Source: Octopus sinensis
Taxonomy: Eukaryota
DNA length: 64,000 bases
NCBI RefSeq assembly: GCF_006345805.1
Contig: NW_021836295.1
Location: forward strand, 1,965-65,964
Direction of reading: 5' to 3'
Shown: one piece after another, positions 28,695-43,097 of the stretch
Position numbering within the stretch: position 1 is the first letter of the stretch
Layout: each line of letters starts with the position of its first letter
Notes under the pieces: model-generated
Databases searched by the model: none
What the model was told of the DNA's origin: nothing
Seen by the model: only the letters and a program-made list of their open reading frames with translations
Program-made: the position numbers and the translations under genes

Positions 28695-29141
28695 TTTCAG
28701 TTCATCTCTCTTATATGTATGTAATATAATTTTTTCTGAAACTTCAGATTTTTCAATATGCTAGACCACTGGTTTTAAATTGATAGTAATCAAACGAATA
28801 TTCAGTTTTTCACCCTTATTATTTTAAATTTAAATAACCACTGGGTTGTGTAGGAATGTCTGCCTGCTATTCAAGCCGATGGCAAAGAGAATTAAGGTGA
28901 GGTGTCAGATGGAGTTGGTACTATACTCACCTGCCAGCATATTTGTACTGTAATATATGAGAATAATGATAAACGGAATATGATAAAAAATCACTGGAAA
29001 CCAGTATGACTTTTGGCTCACTGTCGCAATTTTTGTATTTTATGGAATCATGATGATAGACACAGGCAGACAGACAGAGAGACAGGCAGGCAGACAGACA
29101 GGCAGACAAGCAGACAGACAAATTGACAGACAGACAGACAG

Positions 29142-29191
<50 letters not shown>

Positions 29192-29417
29192 AGTAATTGA
29201 TTAACTGACTGATTGATCGATTGATAACATGCTGAATTCAATAAACAATTCGATATATATATATATATGTGAAATAGAAAGATGAATAATCTTGTTGCAG
29301 ATTAATCAAAAGTTTAACCGATACCTTGGTAGCAAAAATCACAGCAGAAGACAGCACGGTTGGAGGTACAACCATATGGTGTTGCAACCGTGCGTTGGTG
29401 CGGATAATTGAATTTTA

Positions 29418-29592
29418 ATATTATTAGTGAATTGAAGAAATGGAGTTGAACGAAGATTGAACAGAAATCCTTTTATTTCATTCTACACGTGTTCAATCGG
29501 AATTTGGTAAATTGTGCCTTTCGAAACACGTGTAGAATGAAATAAAAGGATTTCTGTTCAATCTTCGTTCAACTCCATTTCTTCAATTCACT

Positions 29593-29600
<8 letters not shown>
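29418..29600. repeat. Perfect 76-bp inverted repeat, 31-bp spacer
   Basis: 29418-29493 is the exact reverse complement of 29525-29600. Confidence 0.92.
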
Positions 29601-29639
<39 letters not shown>

Positions 29640-30339
29640 CACGCACATACTCAGATACAGAAACAGACAGACAGGCAAACAGACAGCCAGAAACAGAGAC
29701 ACAGACTGAGCGAAAGAAGAGAGTGAGAGAGTGGGGGGGAGCAGAGAAAACAGAAATAAAAGTTCCCTACTTAGCCTGTAACATACCTATATCAGTTTGG
29801 TAGCTTTCTGTATTTATTTTTTTCCTTTAGTCTTTCTCTTAGCTACATCTTTGCCTGCATGTACATAAACCATGTGGCGAGGTTCTCGCAATTTCTGTAG
29901 CTTCTCAACAGGCTTCCGCTATTACACAACATCGTACTGCTGCGCCAGCATATCTTCAAATCTGCAAGTTCTATTAGGACTTCTCCTATCATCATCAGTC
30001 TTTAAAGCAAAACTCCGTTCTCGGGCGTTCTTTGATTATAATTCAATCAGGTGAGTCGACTACAACGTCTGTGACGAAGGGTAGGGTCGCCTAATTTGGT
30101 GATAGTGATGCAGTCTGCTCCTACCTGAATACCAATTCTTTTTTTACTGATTTGTAAAAGAAAGAATGGCACCCACCGTGTGTCTGTTATATTGAAGGTT
30201 TTCTAAACTGAAAAGAGGAATGCAGGATGTTGTCCTCAAATAGAAAACTTGGTTGGAATGCTTGCAAAGGACTGTTATTCACTAAAGCCACTAGGAGGAA
30301 ACGTTAAACTGGGTGACAAATTAATTCTCAAGCCCAAGG

Positions 30340-30509
30340 CGCAGGAGTGGCTGTGTGGTAAGTAGCTTGCTAACCAACCACATGGTTCCGGGTTCAGTCC
30401 CACTGCGTGGCATCTTGGGCAAGTGTCTTCTGCTATAGCCCCGGGGCCGACCAATGCCTTGTGAGTGGATTTGGTAGACGGAAACTGAAAGATACCTGTC
30501 GTATATACG

Positions 30510-30544
<35 letters not shown>

Positions 30545-30772
30545 GTGTATGTGTGTGTGTTTGTGTGTGTGTGTTTGTCCCCCTAGCATTGCTTGACAAC
30601 CGATGCTGGTGTGTTTACGTCTCCGTCACATAGCGGTTCGGCAAAAGAGACCGATAGAATAAGTACTGGGCTTACAAAGAATGAGTCCTGGGGTCGATTT
30701 GCTCGACTAAAGGCGGTGCTCCAGCATGGCTGCAGTCAAATAACTGAAACAAGTAAAAGAGTAAAAGAGTAG
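30340..30772 (+). mobile_element. SINE S1
   Basis: Same consensus. Confidence 0.85.
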
Positions 30773-31579
30773 ACAAAACAAAAACTGAGGCAGGATTCTG
30801 CATAGCGCACGCCATTTAACTTTATTTTATTTTTTAGAATTTTCAGAAAAGGTTTGTAAATCTGTGTTCTACACAAGGGAAGTCATACGACTGCACCCCA
30901 CCCACAAGATTTTTCTTTTAATTTTTCGAACTTTTTTTTTTTTACATCGCCGTTTAAAATACCGACAGTCCGAATTTTTGGCTGAAATTCTAGCAATAGA
31001 CCATTAAATATGCTTATAGGAAGAAAGATATCGAAAAAAATCAAAACTGACAAGCAATCGTGGACTGTATGAGGTGGTCGTGAGATGTGCTAGAAATAAC
31101 AGCTAAATATACCTTAAATCACACAATAAAAATCTTTTTCTTTTTCTTTTTTGCATAGTCGTATGATTTCCCGTGTGTATAACACAAATTCGCAAAAAAA
31201 GATTCTGAAAGTTCCAAAAAATAAAAAAATGTTGAGGGATTATATGCCGTGCGTAAAGAAGAATTCCGCCAATACTGCAAGTCATCTCGTTCAAACGCTC
31301 CAATAATTCTGTCAACCTGATGCTCGGAAGAGATACTTTATTTTACCAGCAACAAATGGGTGAAAAGCAAATTTGCAGCAGGTGAATATGAATTAAGAGT
31401 AAGCACACAGAGTAAAACATACCGGTCCCGGAGACGAATACCGATATTTCGAGTTGTTCGCTTGAAAAATTGTGAAATATTTTGTCGGCATGAAACCATT
31501 AGTTTCTTAATCCACAAATAAAGGATAATTATTCACCAGTGTGATGGTGAACACTCATTTCCACAATCCAATACTAGCG

Positions 31580-31613
<34 letters not shown>

Positions 31614-31740
31614 TGTATGTATGTAGATAGATAGATACATACATACTACATACATACATACATACATACATACATACATACATACATACATACATACATA
31701 CATACATACATACAAACAGACGAGCAGACAGACAAATAGA

Positions 31741-32760
31741 TTTTTTTATTTTGCCACGCAGGGTTGAACACAGAGGGAACAATACGAAGAATTTTTTTTT
31801 GTTTTGAAACCGATCAATAGGGATCGAAATAGGTTTTGTGGCGTGTAAAAAAGTAGATAACAAGGTGTCGTTTTTAACAATTTAAATTCCCAAAAGAGGG
31901 AGAAAATATAACACTGACTAGAGTTATTCGAAGAGCGAAAAACCTACGTAAACAATCCACAGTAACCTCAGGAAAACGAAAAAATGAGAGCAAAGTGCCC
32001 TCTCTCTATTTGTTTAATAAGTTCATGCTCAAAGTGGTTCCGTCATCCATGCGTTCTTTGCTACATTCCCCCACCTTTTATTAAACCTTTTATTAGATAA
32101 AACCTCCATCTCTATTCCTTTTCAAGTGATACTCCAAAAGTTTGTTGATCAGAGATTGACCTTTCAAAAGAGTCCACCATACACGCTCTTTCGCCTTAGC
32201 CACCAGTACTATGAAAACCGGCTTCTCTTCCCGGTTAAAGGAAGGAGGCGGACAATATTTACGATAGACTCGGTTGACAAACGATTTGTCCCACACGTGA
32301 CAGAAGCCGTTCGACATAGGTCCACAGCTATGAAATATGAGGACATTGAACGAGTGTGTGCAGAACGGTTCCGTTCTTCTGACCGCATCTTGGGCAGGTC
32401 GGTTCGGTGTTTCTTGAACTGTAACTCCTGTCGATGCTCAAAATCTCCTCAAGAACGTCGTTGGACTTCACCTCCGCTAGTCCTCTATCGAATGCCTTGG
32501 TGGAATTGAAATGACCAAAGCAGAGCTGTTCAAGAGCATGGCGACACTCGCAATGCCATTCGCTCACCCTCGGTCTCTGCTTGATCCATGATTGCAGTTC
32601 GGTCAATGAGAATAGCTGTGGAAAAGCGCGCCTCAGAAACGGCGACCACTCGTGTTCACCGTCGTCTTTCAAAAGATGGAGATGTCGCAGTCTCAGCGCA
32701 TCCCTGCGCATTATCAACCACGGCATACCCAGCCTTCCATTTAGCGGATGTTAACAGCAA
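31741..32760 (-). mobile_element. Tx1 copy B, 5'-truncated and more diverged
   Basis: ORFs 32328..32726 (MPWLIMRRDALRL...CPRCGQKNGTVLHTLVQCP) and 32093..32317 are homologous to D. (GATA)n begins at about 32767. Confidence 0.87.
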
Positions 32761-32765
32761 GACAA

Positions 32766-32848
<83 letters not shown>

Positions 32849-32866
32849 TAGATATAGATAGGTAGC

Positions 32867-32900
<34 letters not shown>

Positions 32901-33359
32901 TGGATGGATAGATAGATAGATACATACATACATACATACAAACATGCGTACATATATATACACACACTCAAACAAACACATACGTACACACACATATATA
33001 TGCATGTGCGTTCTGTACATGAACACACACGCACACTAACATAATATATATGGTGTGTGGTGTATGTATGTATGTATATATATTTATATTTATATATATG
33101 CACACACACATATGTATATATCATATATAAGTGTGTATACACATACAGACACGCACACACACACACACAGACGCACAAACACACACATATATATATACAT
33201 ACACACATATATATATATATACATATATATATTTATACACACATATATATATATATACATATATATACATATATATATATACATATATATACATATATAT
33301 ACATATATATACATATATACATATATAATACATACATATATGCATACATATATATATAT

Positions 33360-33395
<36 letters not shown>

Positions 33396-33867
33396 ACATG
33401 TATATTCTGATGGGTACGTATGTTCAAATATACATATATATATATACACACACAGTACATATATGTACGTGCATTTGTGTGTGAATGTGTGTGAGCGTGT
33501 GTGTGTGAGTGTGTGTAACTGTGTATGTGTGTATGTGTGTGTGTGTTGTGTGTTTGTGCGTGCGCGTGTGTGTGTGTGTAAATAACTCAGTCTATCATCT
33601 TTATTCATGACATACATCTCAGAGATATGATTGCAGCGAGACAATGCCATAACCGTCATGTTGGACACAGACAATAATTGGAAGTTTCGCTTCACTTGTT
33701 AAAACGGATTTTCTCAGATTTTTTTTCTTCTTTTTGTTCTTTTCTTTTTTTCTTCTTTTCCTTACTCGTTTATCAATTCCACAATCTTTCAAGACTAGCT
33801 CAACTTTAATGACGTGTCAGATCGATGTCAATATGGCTGATTTGTGTAAGAGAAACATAGCAGCAGC

Positions 33868-33900
<33 letters not shown>

Positions 33901-34000
33901 AATAATAATAATAATAAATTTTCACAGTGGTGCTCATTGGCGTCTTTGCTTCTGTTTAGTTTCAGTATTATCATTTTCACTTTTATCATTTTATCATCAA

Positions 34001-34038
<38 letters not shown>

Positions 34039-34264
34039 GTTAACAGTACTAGTAGTAGTATTCGACATAGTAGTAGTAGTAGTAGTAGTAGCAGTAGTAG
34101 TAGTTGTGTTAGCAGCAGCGTCAGTGGTAATTGTATTATTATTGTTGTTGTTGTTGTTGTTGTTTTTGTTGATATTATTATTGTTCTTGTTGTTATTATT
34201 ATTAATTTTGACTGAGAGAGCAGTGCATGCCATCAAAGTGACACTGGGGTATTATTATTAATAA

Positions 34265-34329
<65 letters not shown>

Positions 34330-35764
34330 TTATTATTCATTCATTCGCTTCTTTCATATTTTCTATTATGTTGGTCGTTTTTTTTTTCTTTTTGTAGGTC
34401 ATTCAACAACTTGACTGTGAATTTATTTATGTTTAGTGTGATTGGTATAATATTATAACTGTCTGAAAATGTAAGGTGATATCGATATAAAATGAAGCTT
34501 TGAATTAGATGTGTTTAGTTATGTAACCTTTTAAGTTCCCGAGTTCAAATTATCTCCCCGGAATCGACTTCGCCTTTAACCTGTCCGGGAGTTGATGAAA
34601 TAGGTAGAAGACAAATACTGGGCCGATTATATAGTCTATACATATATACATATATACATACATAAAATCATGCATATAGGCACTGTATTGTAGAAGCTCT
34701 GAAGAAGTCATAGTGTGAAGCACAAACACTCAGCTCAGAGACGAGTACCTCTTATAGCAGAAACAGCTGCCAGATAATGAAATTCATTGCATATATTTTT
34801 TGTTCCCTTATCAATTAAGTTTATATCTCGTTATTCTGAGGCATGTGTATATTAAACTCTAACACAACGTTTTCAGAATTGCTATATTTAAGTGACTTAG
34901 ATATATATATATATATATATATAGTACGTTTAAAAATTAGAACAAAAGCAACAACAACAAAAACAAAATACAAATTACAAGAATGTATATAACCAGAAGA
35001 TACAAATATTACAAGCATCCCCCCACACACACACTAAATAAACATAGACGCACATAGAGATATAAGCATGCGCAAATGAAGACATACAATAGAAATACAA
35101 AATGGCTGACGGTTAGTAAGGAGAGACACAAATAAGTGAGAAGAAAACAAAGGACCACTGATGCGGTCACAGGAGTGTGACGAAAGAACTTTGGCCGAAA
35201 TAAGATTAAGATTAATGTAAAAACTAAATATCACTGAAGCAAAATAACACCAAATATATAGTGCGTGTGTTTTTATTGGCTAAACTGGCAATATGACCAT
35301 TCCGAAATATAACAATATATATATATATATATATATATATGTACCTTTAACCTTTAAAGGTATTTTTTAATATGCTGGCCATTGATAAAATTTCTTTTCG
35401 AAAAAAATCTTATCCTACATTAGATGTAAATTTTATAGTGTTCACTTCCGGACGCTCTCACTCTGTGAAAGTTTCTAGTTCGAATCACACGTGTCTCGAG
35501 ATGTGCTGATGATTTCCTATTTTGGATATATTTGGGGTACTTAGGTCTGCTCAGTACTTAGTGCTTGCTTTTTTTATGTTTTACGTATTTATCGCTGAGG
35601 ATGAGAAAATTTTTATAAATTAACTCTAAAATTGGGACCAATGCGGTAATAACGGAATTTTTGAGAAATTTCTATCAGCTTGTTTTGAGACGCATAGATT
35701 ATACTGGTTATTGACAATTTGTCTATTTTCGGCATATTTGGTATTAGAATTTTTCTTTTGCCCT

Positions 35765-36146
35765 TATTTTGCTGGAGCACCGCCTTTAGTCGAGCAAATC
35801 GACCCCAGGACTTATTCTTTGTAAGTCTAGTACTTATTTCTATCGGACCCTTTTGCCGAACTGCTAAGGTACGGGGACGTAAACACACCAGTATCGGTTG
35901 TCAAGCGATGTTGGGGGGACAAACACAGACGCACAGACACACATACACACATATATGTATATATATATATACATATACACACATACGACAGGCTTCTTTT
36001 CTGTCTCCGTCTATCAGATCCACTCACAAGGCTTTGGTCGGCATGAGGCTATAGTAGAAACACTTGCCCAAGATGCCACGCAGTGGGACTGAACCCGGAA
36101 CCATGTGGTTTGTAAGCAAACTACATACCACACAGCCACTCCTGCA
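35765..36146 (-). mobile_element. SINE S1
   Basis: Same consensus. Confidence 0.8.
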
Positions 36147-36689
36147 CCTATATGTTCAAACACATATTGAAACAGTTGTAGTGTACTTGAAATTGCAACC
36201 GACGTGCAGTAATTCGGTACTTTATCCAATAACCCACAACACCTCTACTTGATAAGTAAAATATCATCATTGAATATTTGGCTGAACAGAAGAACCTTAC
36301 AGATAAAGGATCTACTGGATTTTCTTTGGAATTAAAATACATCGAAAGGCTTTGGTTTTTTCAATCTCCAATCTTCGAGTTGCTCTAATCTCGCATTCAG
36401 TGTGGCTTCGTCTCATATGAGGTATTTTCAACTGCATGTTTGATGATGTCCATCTCCAGATGCCGCTTAACAATTTTCTAGTAATGTTTATCGACCTCAC
36501 AACTGAATTTATCCTACGTCAGGACTAGTGCTGTCCTATTGCAGTAATTCCATGTCTTTCGAGATTGAAGGCGGGAAGTGAGGAAAAATCATGAGTGGTA
36601 GTTTATTGCAATAAGAAGCATTACACCAAATAGTTGGTTTGTCTTCAGATTGGCGACGTGGCCCAAATACTTCCAGCTGAGTTGTTTGT

Positions 36690-36975
36690 TCCTTCTCGAG
36701 CCATGTCTGGCTCATAAGGGCCGATTTCCCGGTTTCATTGGTTCTCCACCAGGACGGAACTCCGGTCTGTCACGGGTTAGCTGCAGGATGCAGGAGGAAA
36801 GTGTGAGAGAAAATTGTGTCGAAAGAGTCAGCAGACGTTCGCCATTACCTTCTGTTGGACCCGCCTGGAGCTTAGGTGTTTCGCTCATAAACACACATCG
36901 CCCGGTCTAAGATTCGGACCCGTGATCCCTCGACCGCGAGTCCGCTGCTCTAGCCACAAGGCCATGTGCCTCCAC
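36690..36975 (-). mobile_element. SINE S3 variant
   Basis: Reverse complement of the 25840-26150 type. Confidence 0.75.
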
Positions 36976-37320
36976 TTTCCAGCTGAGTAGATCCCGCTAA
37001 AAGTACGGCGGTAGTGACCTTAAACCAGACAAAGCATTAAATCTATCACTTAATGACTGGTATGTCTAGATGTATTCAACACAGTTTCCGTCTACCCAGC
37101 AAAACTTACTAATTCGCATAAACCTGAACCGTTATAGCAAAGCTACAAAGGCCGAGGGGACGGACGGACACTCCACGTCGGTTGCCTGGTGGTTGTAGCC
37201 TGTTTGTAAGTAAGAACTTACCAATCAGTCTGATAGCTCTCTTTAATCGGAAATGTGGTCGTGGCCTGGGGTTTGGAATGTTTCAGAATGTGTGTGGGAG
37301 AGAAAGAAGGAAGAGGAAAG

Positions 37321-37379
<59 letters not shown>

Positions 37380-37839
37380 GTGTGCGTGCGTGTGTATGTG
37401 TGGCAGATGTTTCATCGTTCGTGTGAGCAGTACAGCATACTCAAGTGAAAATTGCACTTGTGCTTTTTGAAAGGGTTAACAACTTCTCACAGCTGAAGTA
37501 GTTAGTGGCCCTTGTCGTCTAGTCTACTATCGATGTATCCCTCACATCTTTTTACAGTTGTACGTATGCACTTCAAATATAAACCTACCCAAAACCTCTA
37601 CCCTCAGTATAATATGACATTCCATCAGCCCCTAGCCACACAGCATCCTCGCTACTTATCTACTTCACAGAGATGAAGTAATTTCTTTGCAGTCCTCTCA
37701 AACATTCATCAGATATACACACTTACATAAATACATACATATACACGTAAATTCATGCATACATAAATTCTTACATATATATACTTATATACATGCAAAC
37801 GTTCATTCATAAATATATATACATATATATATATACATA

Positions 37840-37893
<54 letters not shown>

Positions 37894-38233
37894 TACATAC
37901 ATATATTTATATATATATATGTGTGTGTGTATGTATGTATGTATGTATATATACGTATGTATATATATATGCATTCATAAGGACATATCAACGTATACAT
38001 GTGCAGGCAGAGACACATTTATAGGTATGTGCATATGATATGCATGCAAGCATGCATCTGTGATTGCCAGCCGAGCCGACTCCCGTAATGCTGTTTATTA
38101 TGGCGTACATTAACACACACATAGATGCGTATATATACTGATGACAGCGTAAGAATAGTTATTTCTACGTACATATACATACATGAGTACATATATACAT
38201 ATATATATATATGCATACATACATGAGTACATA

Positions 38234-38265
<32 letters not shown>

Positions 38266-38358
38266 CATGAGTACGTATATATATATATATACACATATTC
38301 GCACACATTTTCTTTGTACATATTTGTAAATGTTTGTACATATATGTGTGTCTTTGTA

Positions 38359-38393
<35 letters not shown>

Positions 38394-38889
38394 GTGTGTG
38401 TGTTTGTGCACAAACTTACGCACATAGGCATACGCACGTACACGTACACACACACATATACACACACAATTATATATATATATATAACACAACCACATTC
38501 TAATTAAGCTCGCCAATTCCTGGCCTCGACCGCCCCATCTACTTTACGTTTGCAATAATGTCCATTGTCTTGTCCATACATCTAGCGAACATACACAAAT
38601 GTCCAGTCTCCACCATGTAACGGTCAATACTTGCCATTACCGTTTGATACCGTACAGTTAGTTTATGCCGTTCCGCCACAGATATTCGCACGGACGCACA
38701 GAACTGGACCAAACAGCCTCGTGTCGTCACATCTCATTGTTTCTCCTCCGAACTGACCCCCGTTCTCTGTTATTTTCTCATTATCTTCTTTGTTTCTTCT
38801 CTTATTTCCTTTCACTCGCCGACCCCACCCCCTTGCTATTTTTTATATTAAAAACAATCCGTGTACATGTATCTGAATATCTCTCAATC

Positions 38890-39003
38890 AATTATCTATC
38901 TATTTATCTCTCGGTCTGTCATCCAATCTATCTATCTATCCATCTATCTATCTGTCTATCTATTTATTTATCTATCTATCAATTTATGTATCTATCTTTC
39001 CAC

Positions 39004-39064
<61 letters not shown>

Positions 39065-39073
39065 CATCTATCC

Positions 39074-39127
<54 letters not shown>

Positions 39128-39136
39128 TTATTTAGT

Positions 39137-39208
<72 letters not shown>

Positions 39209-39220
39209 ATCTATCTATCT
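38890..39220. repeat. (TCTA)n array without Tx1 insertion
   Basis: Direct reading. Confidence 0.95.
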
Positions 39221-39416
39221 ATATACATACATATAACTTTATATTTGTGTAGGTATGTCTGTCTTTTGTATCTGTATATTTTTACCTACTGATTTTTCTA
39301 TCTATATCTATAAATGTGCATATTACCTTTATGCCTATACCTGTGTATCTCTCCCTCTCTCAGTCTGTCTATCTGTCTATCAATTTTCTTCACATCATAC
39401 ATATATACATATACAT

Positions 39417-39448
<32 letters not shown>

Positions 39449-39462
39449 TATATATAATATAT

Positions 39463-39543
<81 letters not shown>

Positions 39544-39830
39544 TGTATGTATGTATGTATGTATGTGTGTGTATGTATGTAAAAGCATATATATGTGTGT
39601 ATGTGTCGAGATATGAACCATATATACTTGTCTACATATACATCTACATACATACATACATACATACATACATACATACATACATACATACATTTGTGAC
39701 ATACAGACGTACATGCATATGAAATATATGTTTACGTGTGTATGTGTCGAGAGATATGAACCAATACAACTAATTTAATGCGTTATATTTTCTCACCGTT
39801 TCCATACATTCTTCACCTTCAAACTCACAT

Positions 39831-39862
<32 letters not shown>

Positions 39863-40514
39863 CTTCACGTCCCTCTTGCACACATCACGCAGACACAAGC
39901 CGATGCTCCCGCATATTTTAGTCACTATGGCTAAAAGAAACCAAAGAACGAAAGTACAAACATACGCGTCTGCGTCCTCTCTCTGTGTCTCTCTCACACA
40001 CGCGCACACATATACTGTCTCTCTTTCTCATTCACTTTTTCTCTTTCTTTGTTTCTTTCTTTCTTTGTTTTTCTTTTTCTTCGTCTCACCCACGTACAGA
40101 TACTGTCCTTTATTGCAATTCCTACCAAAAAAAAAAAAAATATCAATATTCTATGTTTATTATTGCAGGAATCTCTGCTCGACCGACACCTTTGGCAATT
40201 TTGTCCACTCGGACAAATTGTCCACTCGGCTGACCATTGGTCTGAAAATGAACTTATTTGTGACAGAGGCGGATAAGCATGAGTGGTGAAACTGGTGTAA
40301 ATAGATTGTGCGATGGTGGGATAAAACAGGGAGAGTGGGAAGAGACACAGCAAGCAGAAAAGACATACAAGGCATTATATTAACAAGTGAATACGTGTAA
40401 GGGTACAAAATAGGCACGAGCAAACGCACTAATAAATATACAGTTACATACACACATATTATCTTTGGCGGGGGCGGAGTCACATATAAGTTTTATTACA
40501 TTTATTTCGGATCG

Positions 40515-40888
40515 TGGCACTCCGTCGGTTATGACGACGAGGGTTCCAGTTGATCCGATCAACGGAACAGCCCTGCTCGTGAAATTAACGTGCAAGTGGC
40601 CGAGCACTCCACAGTCACGTGTACCCTTAACGTAGTTCTCGGGGACATTCAGCGGGACACAGTGTGTAACAAGGCCGGCCCTTGGAAATACAGGTACAAC
40701 AGAAACAGGAAGAAAGAGTGAGGGAAAGTTGTGGGGAAAGAGTACAGCAGGGTTCGCCTCTACTCCCTGCCGGAACCTCGTGAAGGTTTAGGTGTTTTCG
40801 CTCAATAAACGCAGGGTCTGAGAATCAACCCCGCGATCCTATGACCGCAAATATGTTGCCCTAACCACTGGGTAATTGCGCTTCCATT
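40515..40888 (-). mobile_element. SINE S3
   Basis: Aligns with 1020-1402. Confidence 0.8.
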
Positions 40889-41006
40889 ATTTCGGCCTAA
40901 AACTTGCCTGATCAGCAAACATTGAGTAACGACTCAGCTTTCGAAATATTCCTACCTACGTACATATACACATACATTCATTCTCACATGTGCAATATAT
41001 ATAATA

Positions 41007-41073
<67 letters not shown>

Positions 41074-41137
41074 GTACATATGTGTGTGTGTGAGGGAGAG
41101 AGAGTATATGTAGATAGATAGTTATACAGACACACAC

Positions 41138-41181
<44 letters not shown>

Positions 41182-41724
41182 AATATATGCATATATACAT
41201 ACATATATGTACATACCTAAATATAAGTGTATATATGCATGCATGAATATACAGATACAATACCAATATTCTACAGAACTTTTTAATAATTCCTTCTGGA
41301 AACTATCTTTAACATTTTCTTGAGAATGTATATTTATGTTGTCATCTTTTGTGCCCAATATTTTAAGGAACTTGTTAAACTTTTTTGTGTTCTTAACATG
41401 TTCTTGTTACCAAAGACTGTATATATGTATTGTAGCATTTTGTGACAACCAATAATTAACACAACCAAACTATTACACGTTACTTTTGACAAACTTTTTC
41501 TAAAGAGTGAAACCGGTAAAGTAAATAAACATCTTTTAAAATTGCATTTTCAAATCTTCTTTCGTATATAATTCCACTCGTGCGGTACCTTACAACTCTA
41601 CTATGTTATATATATATATATATATACTATATATATATATTCTCTAGTTTTTAGCTCATATATATATGCACACACACACACACATATATATATGCATACA
41701 CACACACACTCATTTTAGTATAAG

Positions 41725-42160
41725 CACAGACGTAGCTGTGTGATTAGTATTTTGCTTCCGAATCACGTGGTTCTTGGTTCAATCCCACAGCGTGACATCT
41801 TGGGCATATGTCATCTACTATAGACTCGGGTCAGCCAAAGCCGTGTGAGTGGATTTCGTAGACGGAAACTAAAAGAAGCCCTTCGTACACACACATACAT
41901 ACACATATATATGTGTGTTTATATGTATGTAAGTGTGTGTGTGCATGTGTGTGTAGGTGTGTGTGTGACCACCGCTTGACAACCGGAGTTGGTGTGTTTA
42001 TGTCTCCGTAACATAGTGGTTCGGCATAAGAGACCGACAGAATAAGCACCAATCTTAAAAATATATAAATACTGGTTTTGATTCGCTCGGTTAAAATTCT
42101 TCAAAACAATGCCCCAGCATGGCCGCAGTCTAATGACTGAAACAAGTAAAAGATAAGAAT
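41725..42160 (+). mobile_element. SINE S1, diverged
   Basis: Degenerate head with recognisable core and tail. Confidence 0.7.
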
Positions 42161-42564
42161 AATATATCACATGTGTGGATCTGTGTGTATATGTATGCGT
42201 GTTTCTGCGTGCATGTACGTTCGTGTGTATGTGTGTGTGTGAGTGTGCGTGCGTGTGTGTGTAGTGGAGTTTGTTTATTGTGACCACTTTTAAATGATGG
42301 ATCCTTATGAAATAAAAAACAATCGTTTGCTAACATTATCCTTCATTATAAGAGGTTTCCATTATGTATACATCTGTCTTTGTATGTGAGAGTGTGTGTT
42401 TGTGTGCGCGCGCGTGTGTTTGTATGAGTGTCTTCGAAGGAGAGGAGGAGAGACACTAATTGGGAGAGACAGGCCGAGAGAGTGAGAGAGAGAGAGAGAG
42501 AGCGAGATACGAAATATGCGAGACAGTCGAATATAAAGAGAAACCGCGATATAGTAAAATAGAC

Positions 42565-42839
42565 AGATAGAAAGGAAGGAAGAAAGAGGGGAAGAAAGAA
42601 AAAGAAAGAAAGGGAGGGAGGGAGGAAGGAAGGAAGGAATGATGGATGGAAGGAAGGAAGGAAGAGGGAAAGAAAGAAAAAGAAAGAAAGGGAGGGAGGG
42701 AGGGAGGGAGGAAGGAAGGAAGGAAGGAAGGAAGGACGGAAGGAAGGAAGGAAGGAAGGAAGGAAGAAAGAAAGAAAAAAGAAAGAAAAAGAAAGAAAGG
42801 GGGAGGAAGGAAGAAGAAAGAAAGAGAAAAGAAAGAAAT

Positions 42840-42879
<40 letters not shown>

Positions 42880-42956
42880 GAAGGAAGGAAGGAAGGAAGG
42901 AAGGAAGGAAGGAAGAAAGAATGGAAGGAAGGAAAGAAGAAAGAAAGGAAGAATGA

Positions 42957-42996
<40 letters not shown>

Positions 42997-43097
42997 AGAA
43001 AGGGAAGAAATGAAGAAAGAAAGAAAGACAGAAAGAAAGAAAGAAAGGAAGAAAGAAAGGAAGAAAGAAAGAAAGAATGAAAGAACGAAAAGAAAGA
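42565..43097. repeat. Polypurine (GAAA/GGAA)n tract
   Basis: Direct reading. Confidence 0.95.

Noticed and set aside
33055-33695. Many YI/HT/CV/LSIY/MYVC-repeat ORFs throughout the track
   Set aside because: Translations of TA, CA, GATA and TACA microsatellites; no coding signal.
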